64,000 nucleotides of DNA from Eubacteriales bacterium (GCA_045541915.1 JAZQJZ010000039.1:13253-77252); one strand, 5' to 3'. Counted from the first letter of the stretch, positions 29,177 through 37,868 are shown. The notes: a model not told the origin generated them from the sequence alone. Made by a program: numbers and translations.

Positions 29177-30703
29177 TTATCCGAAATACTTTTCCGTGGA
29201 GACCCGGTATCCCACCGCCTCCAGGATGTGCTCCTCTTTGATGATGGGGGCTTCCTCCAGGTCTGCAATGGTACGGGAAAGCCGCAGGATCCTGTCATAC
29301 CCTCTGGCAGAAAGGTTCAGTGCGGAAAAACTCTCCTTTAAAAGGGCCTCGGCGCCTGCATCCAGAACGCACATTTCCTTGGTCTGTGCGCCGTTTAAGG
29401 CTCCGTTGGCGGTAATGCCCCATTTTTTGTACCGTTCCCTTGCCATCTGGCGCGCCCGGTTCACCCGTTCTCTCACCCTTTCGCTGCTCTCAGCCTTTTC
29501 CTTGTTCCGAAGCTCCTCAAAGGAAAGGGCCGGCACTTCCACGCGCATATCGATCCGATCCAGAAGCGGCCCGGAAATTTTACTTAAATAGCGCTCCACT
29601 GCGCCTTTTTTACAGCTGCAGCTGTGATGGGTGTCTCCATAGTATCCGCAAGGGCAGGGGTTCATGGCGCAAACCAGAATGAAATCCGAGGGGAAGGTCA
29701 TTTTCCAGTTGGCGCGGGTAATGGTGACACTGCGATCCTCCAAGGGCTGACGCAAGGCCTCCAGGCTCCGTTTTTCAAATTCCGGCAGCTCATCCAAAAA
29801 CAAAACCCCGTTGTGCGCCAGGCTGATCTCACCCGGCTGGGGCGTTTGCCCACCGCCGGAAAGACCGGCAAAGCTGATGGTGTGATGGGGAGAGCGAAAG
29901 GGGCGCTGGGTGACCAGAGCCGCATCCGGCGGCAGGGTGCCGCTGATGGAGTGAATGGCAGTGGTGCGGAGCATCTGCTCAAAGGTCATTTGGGGAAGGA
30001 TCCCGGGAATGGCCTTGGAAAGCATACTTTTTCCACTGCCCGGAGGGCCCACCAAGAGAAGGTTATGATTTCCGGCGGCGGCGATCTCAATGGCTCTCTT
30101 TGCCACCTCCTGACCCTTGATATCCGCAAAATCCACAGGGCAAGGCGCGGAGAGCATGGCATCCTCCAGAGAAAAAGAGGTTTGTTCCAGAAGGGCCTGG
30201 CCTGTCAGGTGACAGACGATCTCTCCCACATTTTTGGCACCGTAAACACAAAGTCCCTCTACGGCGCTGCACTCCCGGGCATTCTCCCAAGGGACAAAAA
30301 GGCGCTTGGCTCCCGCATCCCGGGCGGCCAGGGCAAGGCAAAGGGCACCGGGCAGACCGCGTAGATCTCCTCCCAACCCCACCTCGCCGAAAAAGGCGGC
30401 GTCCTCCAGAGGGACATTTTTTAAAGCTGTGCCGCATAATAGTGAAATGAGAATGGGAAGATCAAAGCCGCTCCCTTGCTTCTTCCGGTCTGCCGGCGCA
30501 AGGTTGACGGTGACGCTTCCCCGGGGCAAAGGGAGCGCGGCGCTTTGGGCCGCTGCATAAATTCGGTTGACGGATTCCTTTACCGCCGTATCAGGCAGAC
30601 CGATGATGTCAAGCCCGGGAAGTCCCTTTCCGAACCAGGCCTCCACCACCACGGGAAAGCCCTCCAAACCCCAAAGGCCGGCAGAGGAAATCTTAACGAT
30701 CAC
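29177..30703 (-). CDS. comM: YifB/ComM-family Mg-chelatase-like AAA+ protein
   Basis: 508 aa. Lon-protease-like N-domain, Walker A GPPGSGKS, Walker B LFLDELPEF, zinc-ribbon-like CPCGYYGD..HSCSC, C-terminal ChlI-like domain. Confidence 0.9.
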   Translation of the reverse strand: MIVKISSAGLWGLEGFPVVVEAWFGKGLPGLDIIGLPDTAVKESVNRIYAAAQSAALPLPRGSVTVNLAPADRKKQGSGFDLPILISLLCGTALKNVPLEDAAFFGEVGLGGDLRGLPGALCLALAARDAGAKRLFVPWENARECSAVEGLCVYGAKNVGEIVCHLTGQALLEQTSFSLEDAMLSAPCPVDFADIKGQEVAKRAIEIAAAGNHNLLLVGPPGSGKSMLSKAIPGILPQMTFEQMLRTTAIHSISGTLPPDAALVTQRPFRSPHHTISFAGLSGGGQTPQPGEISLAHNGVLFLDELPEFEKRSLEALRQPLEDRSVTITRANWKMTFPSDFILVCAMNPCPCGYYGDTHHSCSCKKGAVERYLSKISGPLLDRIDMRVEVPALSFEELRNKEKAESSERVRERVNRARQMARERYKKWGITANGALNGAQTKEMCVLDAGAEALLKESFSALNLSARGYDRILRLSRTIADLEEAPIIKEEHILEAVGYRVSTEKYFG

Positions 30704-30827
30704 GCTTGTGTCCTCCCAAATACAAAAAAGTACTTTTCTATTTTAACATATCTTTGAATCAAAAGCAAAAAAAATCACATTTTCCGGAAATTTCTTTGTT
30801 TTTTTCTGAAAAACTGACGTTTTTTCC

Positions 30828-30856
30828 TTTACATTCTTTCTATTTGGTGATATAAT
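30828..30856 (+). promoter_or_regulatory. strong sigma-A promoter for nifJ
   Basis: TTTACA (30828-30833), 17-nt spacer, extended -10 TGATATAAT (TATAAT at 30851-30856). Confidence 0.6.
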
Positions 30857-30908
30857 CTCGTTTGGAAAATTAAATTCAAATTCTATAGAAGAAAGGAATT
30901 TTTAAATC

Positions 30909-33900
30909 ATGGTCACAAGAAAGAAAATGTCCATGGATGGTAACACCGCTGCGGCGCACGTTTCCTATGCGTTCACCGAAGTGGCTGCCATCTACCCCAT
31001 CACTCCCTCCAGTGTTATGGCTGAATTGACCGACGCTTGGTCTGCCACAGGACTGAAGAACATCTTCGGCGAAGAAGTAAAAGTTACCGAAATGCAGTCT
31101 GAAGCAGGTGCTGCCGGTACCGTTCACGGCTCTCTTGCCGCCGGTGCTCTCACCACCACCTTCACCGCATCCCAGGGACTTCTTCTGATGATCCCCAATA
31201 TGTATAAGATCGCCGGCGAACTTCTTCCCGGTGTCATCCACTGCTCTGCACGCTGCGTTGCTTCTCACGCGCTGAACATCTTCGGCGATCACAGTGATAT
31301 CTACGCTTGCCGTCAGACCGGCTTTGCTCTTCTTGCCAACACCAATCCCCAGGAAGTTATGGACCTTGGCGCAGTGGCACACCTTCCCGCCATCAAGGGC
31401 AGAGTTCCTTTCCTAAACTTCTTTGACGGTTTCCGTACCTCTCACGAGATCCAGAAGATCTCCGTTTGGGAGTACAAGGAACTGGAAGAAATGATCGATA
31501 AGGACGCTCTGGCTGCCTTCCGCGCAAGAGCTCTCAATCCCGAGCATCCCGTTCTCCGCGGCTCCGCTGAAAACGGCGATATCTTCTTCCAACACAGAGA
31601 AGCCTGCAACCGTTACTATGACGAGCTTCCCGCCATCGTGGAAGAATATATGGATAAGGTCAATGCCAAGATCGGCACCAACTACAAGCTCTTCAACTAC
31701 TACGGTGCTCCCGATGCCGAAAAGGTTATCGTGGCAATGGGCTCCATCTGCGACGTAGCAGAAGAAGTTATTGATTATATGAACGCTCACGGCGAAAAGG
31801 TAGGTCTGGTAAAGGTTCGTCTGTACCGTCCCTTCCGCGCTGACAAGCTGATCGAAGCCATCCCTGCAACCGCGAAGAAGATTGCTGTTCTGGACCGCAC
31901 CAAGGAGCCCGGCTCTCTGGGCGAACCCTTGTACCTGGATGTGGTAACCGCTCTGGCTACCTCTGGCAAGAACGATGTGAAGATCGTAGGCGGTAGATAC
32001 GGCCTCGGTTCTAAGGATACTCCTCCCTCCAGCATTTTCGCAGTATACGAAAACCTGGATCAGGCAGAGCCCAAGAACGGCTTTACCATCGGTATTGTAG
32101 ACGATGTGACCGGTCTTTCTCTGGAAGAGAAGGCTGCTCCCGACACCGCTGCAGAAGGAACCATCTCCTGCAAGTTCTGGGGTCTGGGCGGCGACGGTAC
32201 CGTTGGTGCAAACAAGAACTCCATCAAGATCATCGGTGACCATACCGATAAGTTCATCCAGGCATACTTCCAGTATGACTCCAAGAAGACCGGTGGTGTG
32301 ACCATCTCCCACCTGCGCTTTGGCGACAAGGAGATCAAGTCCCCCTATTACATCACCAAGGCAAACTTTGTTGCTTGCCACAACTCCTCTTATATCCTCA
32401 AGGGCTATAAGATCGTTCAGGATGTGAAGCCTGGCGGCACCTTTATGCTGGACTGCCAGTGGAAGGCAGACGAGCTGGACGCTCACCTTCCCGCAGATGT
32501 AAAGGCTTACATCGCTCAGAATAACATCAAGTTCTACACCATTGATGCTACCACCATCGCTTCCAAACAGATCGGTAACCCCAAGGTAAAGAACACCGTT
32601 CTTCAGTCTGCATTCTTTGCTCTGGCTAACATTCTTCCTAAGGATGAGGCCATTGAATACATGAAGAAGATGGCTTACAAGTCCTACATCAAGAAGGGCG
32701 AGGCCATTGTGGAACTGAACTACAAGGCAATCGATGCCGGCGCCAACGCTATGGTTGAAGTTGCTGTTCCCGAAGCTTGGAAGAGCATTTCTGCCGGCGA
32801 AGAGAAGGCAAAGGCTACCGGTAAGAGAGCAGACCTTGTGAAGTTCGTCAATGAGATCGTGGAACCCGTTTCCCTGATGAATGGCGACTCTCTGCCCGTT
32901 TCCCGCTTTGCTGACTGCGCTGACGGTACCTTCCCCCAGGGCGCTGCCGCTTACGAGAAGAGAGGCGTTGCTGTTTCCGTTCCCGTATGGCACGCTGAGA
33001 ACTGCATCCAGTGTAACAACTGCTCCTTTGTATGTCCTCACGCCGCCATTCGTCCCTTCGCTCTGACCGCTGATGAGGCTGCCTCGGCTCCCGCAGAAAC
33101 CAAGTTCTGTGCAAAGCCCGTTCTGAAGACCGATTACAAGTTCACCATGGCGATTTCTCCTCTGGATTGTATGGGTTGTACCCTTTGTGTGAAGGCTTGT
33201 CCTGTTACCGCAAAGGCAGAAAAAGACGGCGCTCCCGAAAAGAAAGCCATCGAAATGGTACCCCAGGCAACTCAGCTGGATCAGCAGAAGCCCTTCGACT
33301 GGTGCGTTGAAAACGTAACCGAAAAGAAGGAACTGTTCAATGCTAAGACTGTAAAGGGCAGCCAGTTCAAGCAGCCTCTGCTTGAGTTCTCCGGTTCCTG
33401 TGCCGGTTGTGCTGAAACCTCTTATGCAAGACTGATCACCCAGCTGTTCGGTGAAAGAATGTACATCTCCAATGCAACCGGATGTTCCTCCATCTGGGGT
33501 GGCTCCGCTCCTGCAACTCCTTACACTGTCAACAATGCAACCGGTCGCGGTCCTGCTTGGGCAAACTCCCTCTTTGAGGATAACGCTGAGCACGGTCTGG
33601 GTATCCACCTGGGTCAGAAGACCATCCGCGAAAGACTGATCGGTTATGTTGAAAAGCTCCTGGAGACTGTGGAAGATGCCGATAAGAAGGCCATCGTTCA
33701 GGCTTACCTTGACACCAAGGACAACGGTGCTGAAAACGAAAAGGCAACCGACGCTCTGATTGCAATGCTGGAAGCTTGCGATTGCAAGAACGAATGGAAA
33801 GAAAAGATCCTTGCTGAAAAGGATTACCTGTCCAAGAAGTCCATCTGGATCTTCGGTGGCGACGGTTGGGCATACGACATCGGATTTGGCGGTCTGGATC

Positions 33901-34484
33901 ACGTTCTGGCCAGCGGCGAAGATGTAAACGTAATGGTATTCGATACTGAAGTTTACTCCAACACCGGCGGACAGGCTTCCAAGGCTTCCAACATCGGTCA
34001 GGTAGCTCAGTTTGCTGCAGCCGGTAAGGCCATCGGCAAGAAGAATCTGGCTGAGATCGCTATGAGCTATGGCTACGTTTACGTGGCTCAGGTGGCAATG
34101 GGCGCTGATATGAACCAGCTGCTCAAGGCTCTCACCGAAGCAGAAGCTTATCCCGGACCTTCTCTCATCATCGGCTATGCTCCCTGTGAAATGCACGGCA
34201 TTAAGGGCACCATGGCAAACTGCCAGGTGGAAATGAAGAAGGCTGTGGAATCTGGCTACTGGCAGATGTTCCGTTACAACCCCTTGGCAGAGAAGAAGCT
34301 CATCGTGGATTCCAAGGCTCCCACCGGTTCCTACCAAGACTTCATTAAGGGCGAGACCCGTTATGCAAGACTTGCTCAGCAGAACCCCGAAAGAGCTGCC
34401 GCTCTCTTCGATAAGGCTGAAGCTGCTGCTGCAGAGAGATACCAGAAGCTTACCAAGCTGGAAAAACTCTACGGCGAAGAATAA
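30909..34484 (+). CDS. nifJ: pyruvate:ferredoxin (flavodoxin) oxidoreductase
   Basis: 1191 aa. DGNTAAAHVSYAFTEVAAIYPITPSS, two 4Fe-4S motifs (CIQCNNCSFVCPH and CMGCTLCVKACP), TPP motif GGDGWAYDIG. Confidence 0.95.
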   Translation: MVTRKKMSMDGNTAAAHVSYAFTEVAAIYPITPSSVMAELTDAWSATGLKNIFGEEVKVTEMQSEAGAAGTVHGSLAAGALTTTFTASQGLLLMIPNMYKIAGELLPGVIHCSARCVASHALNIFGDHSDIYACRQTGFALLANTNPQEVMDLGAVAHLPAIKGRVPFLNFFDGFRTSHEIQKISVWEYKELEEMIDKDALAAFRARALNPEHPVLRGSAENGDIFFQHREACNRYYDELPAIVEEYMDKVNAKIGTNYKLFNYYGAPDAEKVIVAMGSICDVAEEVIDYMNAHGEKVGLVKVRLYRPFRADKLIEAIPATAKKIAVLDRTKEPGSLGEPLYLDVVTALATSGKNDVKIVGGRYGLGSKDTPPSSIFAVYENLDQAEPKNGFTIGIVDDVTGLSLEEKAAPDTAAEGTISCKFWGLGGDGTVGANKNSIKIIGDHTDKFIQAYFQYDSKKTGGVTISHLRFGDKEIKSPYYITKANFVACHNSSYILKGYKIVQDVKPGGTFMLDCQWKADELDAHLPADVKAYIAQNNIKFYTIDATTIASKQIGNPKVKNTVLQSAFFALANILPKDEAIEYMKKMAYKSYIKKGEAIVELNYKAIDAGANAMVEVAVPEAWKSISAGEEKAKATGKRADLVKFVNEIVEPVSLMNGDSLPVSRFADCADGTFPQGAAAYEKRGVAVSVPVWHAENCIQCNNCSFVCPHAAIRPFALTADEAASAPAETKFCAKPVLKTDYKFTMAISPLDCMGCTLCVKACPVTAKAEKDGAPEKKAIEMVPQATQLDQQKPFDWCVENVTEKKELFNAKTVKGSQFKQPLLEFSGSCAGCAETSYARLITQLFGERMYISNATGCSSIWGGSAPATPYTVNNATGRGPAWANSLFEDNAEHGLGIHLGQKTIRERLIGYVEKLLETVEDADKKAIVQAYLDTKDNGAENEKATDALIAMLEACDCKNEWKEKILAEKDYLSKKSIWIFGGDGWAYDIGFGGLDHVLASGEDVNVMVFDTEVYSNTGGQASKASNIGQVAQFAAAGKAIGKKNLAEIAMSYGYVYVAQVAMGADMNQLLKALTEAEAYPGPSLIIGYAPCEMHGIKGTMANCQVEMKKAVESGYWQMFRYNPLAEKKLIVDSKAPTGSYQDFIKGETRYARLAQQNPERAAALFDKAEAAAAERYQKLTKLEKLYGEE

Positions 34485-34494
34485 GAACCAAAAC

Positions 34495-34527
34495 AAAAAG
34501 GAACTGCATTTTGCAGTTCCTTTTTTT
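34495..34527 (+). terminator. rho-independent terminator after nifJ
   Basis: aaaaaggaactgca-ttt-tgcagttcc followed by seven T. Confidence 0.85.
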
Positions 34528-34590
34528 GTATCCGGAAACCCCCGCGCCAGTGGCGCGATTTGGGAAAGGGGCTCCGGCAAGAAGAAAAAG

Positions 34591-34741
34591 AGAAGGCGAT
34601 TGGGTAAAGGCCAGAATTTTGGCGAAGATCCGACGGGAGGCAGGTTGCCTCCCCTACAGGGTTTGGGGAAACCGAAGTATTGTTCTTTTTCTACGGGCTG
34701 TCGAGGACGTCAGCCCCTACAGAGTTTGGGGAAATCGGGAT
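34591..34741 (+). repeat. 151-bp direct repeat, copy A (two hairpin+CCCCTACAGrGTTTGGGGAAA subunits)
   Basis: Aligns base-for-base with 35144-35294 with a handful of substitutions. Contains hairpins gggaggcaggttgcctccc and gggctg-N10-cagccc. Confidence 0.85.
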
Positions 34742-34801
34742 TTTTAGTGAGAGAGGCGGACAATGTAACAATCGGGTTTTTGGTACAATATCGTGGCACA
34801 T

Positions 34802-35060
34802 TTGCCTTCCCCAGTGGGGGAAGGGGACCACGAAGTGGTGGATGAGGTATGCGAAACGCCAAAACAATATTTCTTCACATAAATTCGTTCGGCGATATCG
34901 TAGGGGAGGCAATCTGCCTCCCGTTCTGCGGCAAACCACAAAACATTCTTTTTCAAATATTCCGTTCTGGCATTGTAGGGGCCGACGTCCCCGACGGCCC
35001 GCCCTGGGGCAAAAAAACCAAAATTTCTGCCAAAACCCCGTTTGGGATTTCATAGGTGCT
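34802..35060 (-). repeat. REP-like palindromic units in opposite orientation
   Basis: Contains gtaggggaggcaatctgcctccc and gtaggggccgacgtccccgacggccc, which are reverse-orientation versions of the hairpin+CCCCTAC units. Also ccttccccagtgggggaagg...ggatgaggt, the reverse of the unit at 35098-35143. Confidence 0.6.
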
Positions 35061-35143
35061 GATTCCAAAGAAGGAGAAAACAAAAACCGGGAATTTTTTG
35101 ACACCTCATCCGTCAGCCTGCACCTGCCACCCTCTCCCGCTGG

Positions 35144-35294
35144 AGAAGGCGATTGGACAAAGGTCAGAATTTTGGCGAAGATCCGACGGGAGGCAGGTTG
35201 CCTCCCCTACAGGGGTTGGGGAAACTGAAGTATTGTTCTTTTTCTACGGGCTGTCGAGGACGTCAGCCCCTACAGGGTTTGGGGAAATCGGGAT
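35144..35294 (+). repeat. 151-bp direct repeat, copy B
   Basis: See copy A. Ends 5 nt before the left palindrome of the XRE/SLOG cassette. Confidence 0.85.
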
Positions 35295-35298
35295 ATAG

Positions 35299-35337
35299 TT
35301 TTGCGCAAAAAAAGACCGGAAAAACCGGTCTTTTTTT
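35299..35337. terminator. terminator-like palindrome, left bracket of cassette 1
   Basis: ttttgcgc-aaaaaaa-gaccgg-aaaaa-ccggtc-ttttttt. Abuts the XRE stop codon at 35338-35340. Confidence 0.8.
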
Positions 35338-35679
35338 CTAATTTCCTTTGAATTGATCCATTTCCTTGAGGATTCTCATGATTCGCTCTTGATCCTCCTG
35401 GCTTTTGGCCAATAAAAACTCATAGCATTCAAGAGGCAAATTTGGCTGGGAATCACACTTTTCTCCACCAAGGTTTTCAAGTAGCTTGGAAAGAGAAACG
35501 TTTAACGAAGAAGCAATTTTTTCGATACTTTCCAAGGTGGCGTTCTTTTCTCCGCGCTCCAATTGACCGATATAGGTTGGGTGACAACCGGCAAGCTCGG
35601 CCAACTTTTCTTGACTAAAACCCAGTTTTGTTCTGTAATTTCGGATCCGTTGCCCTACAATTTTTGCTAAATCTTTCAC
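35338..35679 (-). CDS. XRE-family HTH transcriptional regulator with a ~45-aa C-terminal extension
   Basis: 113 aa. HTH_3 pattern GFSQEKLAELAGCHPTYIGQLERGEKNATL. GTG start 5 nt after a GAGGTG RBS. Confidence 0.85.
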   Translation of the reverse strand: MKDLAKIVGQRIRNYRTKLGFSQEKLAELAGCHPTYIGQLERGEKNATLESIEKIASSLNVSLSKLLENLGGEKCDSQPNLPLECYEFLLAKSQEDQERIMRILKEMDQFKGN

Positions 35680-35734
35680 AAAATCACCTCTATATTAGAG
35701 TCTATAAATATTAGCGGGAATATTCCACAGACTA

Positions 35735-35763
35735 TTGATATTGATAATTTAGAGGTATATACT
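35735..35763 (+). promoter_or_regulatory. promoter candidate for the SLOG gene of cassette 1
   Basis: TTGATA (35735-35740), 17-nt spacer, TATACT (35758-35763). The -10 overlaps the left arm of an 11-bp inverted repeat (35761-35771 / 35789-35799). Confidence 0.4.
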
Positions 35764-35814
35764 ATAAGCACCGGCGCTTTGTTTTTTTGTGCTTATAGTG
35801 TTTGAGGTGAAACA

Positions 35815-36294
35815 ATGGATCCAAAGTATACTTGTTGTGTTTTTGGTCACAGAAACATAGAGAAAAGTGAATCGTTAAGGGCGAGACTTTATTGCGTTAT
35901 GGAAGAACTGATACGGAAAGAACGGGTTGAGACTTTCCTGTTTGGGAGCAAAAGCGCTTTCAACGATCTTTGCCATGCCGTCGCAACAGAGTTGAAGGAG
36001 AAGTATCCACACCTTAAACGAATTTATGTGCGAGCGGAATATCCTCATATTAGTGAGCAGTATCAGGATTATCTTTTAGGACTTTATGAGGATACTTATT
36101 ATCCGGAAAAGATCTTGGCCTCGGGAAAAGCAGTTTACATTGAGCGCAACTATGAAATGATTCATCAAAGCCGGTTTTGCATTGTTTATTATGATGAAAA
36201 AAAGACAGCGGTCGAAGGAAAAAGCGGAACGAAAATCGCCCTCGAATACGCTATAAAAAACGGAAAACGTTTGATCTTATTGCCTTCTCTCTAA
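35815..36294 (+). CDS. DUF1273/YpsA-like SLOG-fold protein
   Basis: 159 aa. N-terminal CCVFGHRN (family pattern C.FTGHR), TFLFGSKSAF loop, C-terminal KSGTKIALEYAIKNGKRLILL (family pattern GGT...YA...GK.I.N). GAGGTG RBS. Confidence 0.6.
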   Translation: MDPKYTCCVFGHRNIEKSESLRARLYCVMEELIRKERVETFLFGSKSAFNDLCHAVATELKEKYPHLKRIYVRAEYPHISEQYQDYLLGLYEDTYYPEKILASGKAVYIERNYEMIHQSRFCIVYYDEKKTAVEGKSGTKIALEYAIKNGKRLILLPSL

Positions 36295-36296
36295 CC

Positions 36297-36336
36297 TTTT
36301 TGCGCAAAAAAAAGACCGGTTTTTCCGGTCTTTTTT
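36297..36336. terminator. terminator-like palindrome, right bracket of cassette 1 (loop inverted relative to the left copy)
   Basis: ttttgcgc-aaaaaaaa-gaccgg-ttttt-ccggtc-tttttt. Same flank and arms as 35299-35337, but the loop is ttttt instead of aaaaa. Confidence 0.8.
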
Positions 36337-36368
36337 GTTTCTATCATATGGAAGAGGGGAATGGCCCT

Positions 36369-37658
36369 TTACCAGCGGCATACGCCCAGGCCGTTTTCCA
36401 TCTGGATGGAAACGCCGTAAGGCGCGCTCATTTTGGCCAGGTCCTCCATAAAGGCAAGATCCTTTGCCGGCTGGGGCAGACCCTCCAGGTGCTTGCCCTC
36501 GCCCTTGCTTGCCTTAACGGGCATCAGAACCAGCTTGGTCAGCTTTTTGTTTTCGTCGGTTTCCCAGTAGGGGATCACCGTTTCCAGCATCCTGGGATCC
36601 TCCATCAAGCCGCGGGTAAAGCCGGCGGAGCGCTTCTCCAGAAGAGAGATGGGGGAGGAATTGGAATCCATACCGTATTTTTTGTAAAAATCCTCGGGTG
36701 CAACGGGAACCTGATACAGCTGAATGATAAAATCGCCCAGAGAATAGAAAATGGGCTTTTCCTGATATACTTCAATGGCGCGAAGCAGATGAGGACCGTG
36801 ACCCACCACCGCGTCAGCACCGGCATCGATCAGGGTGTGGCAAATGTCCTTGAGCACCTGGGGAACGGTGGTCTTATCGCTTCCCACGATCTGGTGAGCG
36901 TGAAGGGAGATCATCACGTAATCGGCGCAAAGGGAGGCTTCCCGGATGGAAGCGATGACCCGGTCCATATCTTCCTTGCTGGGGGTTGAGATCAGGTCGA
37001 AGCGGTCGCCCTTGACAAAATTCAAGGTACCGATTTCTGCCGTTCCCTCCGGCAAAAAGGGATAATAACCCTCCCGACGGGTAATGTTTTTCGGCTCGTT
37101 GATCTGGGTCTTTTCGCCGATTTCCTGCACAGTCTTGAAGGCTTCCTCGGGAACCATCAGCTTTTGGGAAATATTGATTCCGTTGATACCGGGTCTGCCG
37201 GGAATACGACGGGACATTTCGCCGGCCATCATAGCCGGAGCAAAGGAGGTGTTGATGCAAATCAGCGCTACCCGGCCGTTTTTTGTTTCCAGGTAAGCCG
37301 GCGCGGCGGCCTGGTGCAGATTCATACCCACACCGCTGTGTACCACGCCGGTACGGGACACGTATTCAATGGTTTTTTCCATACCCAGATGGTCAAAGTC
37401 CATGGCGTGGTTGTTATTGAAGGTGGTGGTGTTAAAGCCGAATTTCAGCATATCCTCCATCACTTCGGGGGTGCATCTGACGTAAGTTCCGCCGGAATGC
37501 TGGCAAGCGTAGCACTCGCCCTCATAATTGACGGTGGTTTCCAGGTTGAAAAAGCGGCAGTCACCTTGATCCAGAAAGGCCTTGATGGGAGCAAAGCCCT
37601 CGTAATCTTCGGGAAGTCTTCTTTGACAGAGAACGTCACCTACGGCTGTAAATTTCAT
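36369..37658 (-). CDS. CapA/PGA-cap family metallophosphatase-like protein
   Basis: 429 aa. GD....NLE....NNH..D.G..G pattern (AVGDVL...FFNLET...FNNNHAMDFDHLG) typical of the CapA family. Confidence 0.7.
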   Translation of the reverse strand: MKFTAVGDVLCQRRLPEDYEGFAPIKAFLDQGDCRFFNLETTVNYEGECYACQHSGGTYVRCTPEVMEDMLKFGFNTTTFNNNHAMDFDHLGMEKTIEYVSRTGVVHSGVGMNLHQAAAPAYLETKNGRVALICINTSFAPAMMAGEMSRRIPGRPGINGINISQKLMVPEEAFKTVQEIGEKTQINEPKNITRREGYYPFLPEGTAEIGTLNFVKGDRFDLISTPSKEDMDRVIASIREASLCADYVMISLHAHQIVGSDKTTVPQVLKDICHTLIDAGADAVVGHGPHLLRAIEVYQEKPIFYSLGDFIIQLYQVPVAPEDFYKKYGMDSNSSPISLLEKRSAGFTRGLMEDPRMLETVIPYWETDENKKLTKLVLMPVKASKGEGKHLEGLPQPAKDLAFMEDLAKMSAPYGVSIQMENGLGVCRW

Positions 37659-37868
37659 TGTTCATTTTCCTTTACTTTTTTAAATGTTATTTGCTTTTTG
37701 CCTTTTCAGTTTACTCTTTATGCCACCTGATGTCAAGTAAAAAAAGGTTCTTTCTACGAAAAACAAGGGAGAATTTCCAGAAAAATATTGTGAAGAAAAA
37801 AGGATTGTGATACAATAAAAGAAAGAGATTGTCAGGGGAGGAGTTCCCTTTCCCCTTGAGGAGAAAAC

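Noticed and set aside
31413-34580. A 1055-aa uninterrupted ORF on the minus strand, antisense to nifJ
   Set aside because: The plus-strand product carries unmistakable PFOR motifs along its full length. The antisense translation is low-complexity (Gly/Val/Leu/Ser-rich) with no motif, RBS or promoter context. Long stop-free antisense frames are expected opposite strongly codon-biased, GC-rich genes.
34363-35341. Several 60-180-aa ORFs predicted across the region downstream of nifJ
   Set aside because: They lie entirely in REP-like repeats, and the same peptide strings recur because the DNA is duplicated. They overlap one another in different frames and lack RBSs.
35314-36314. The two cassette-1 palindrome stems are exactly 1000 bp apart
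   Set aside because: There is no biological reason for a round number, and the cassette-2 copies are 798 bp apart. I treated this as coincidence.
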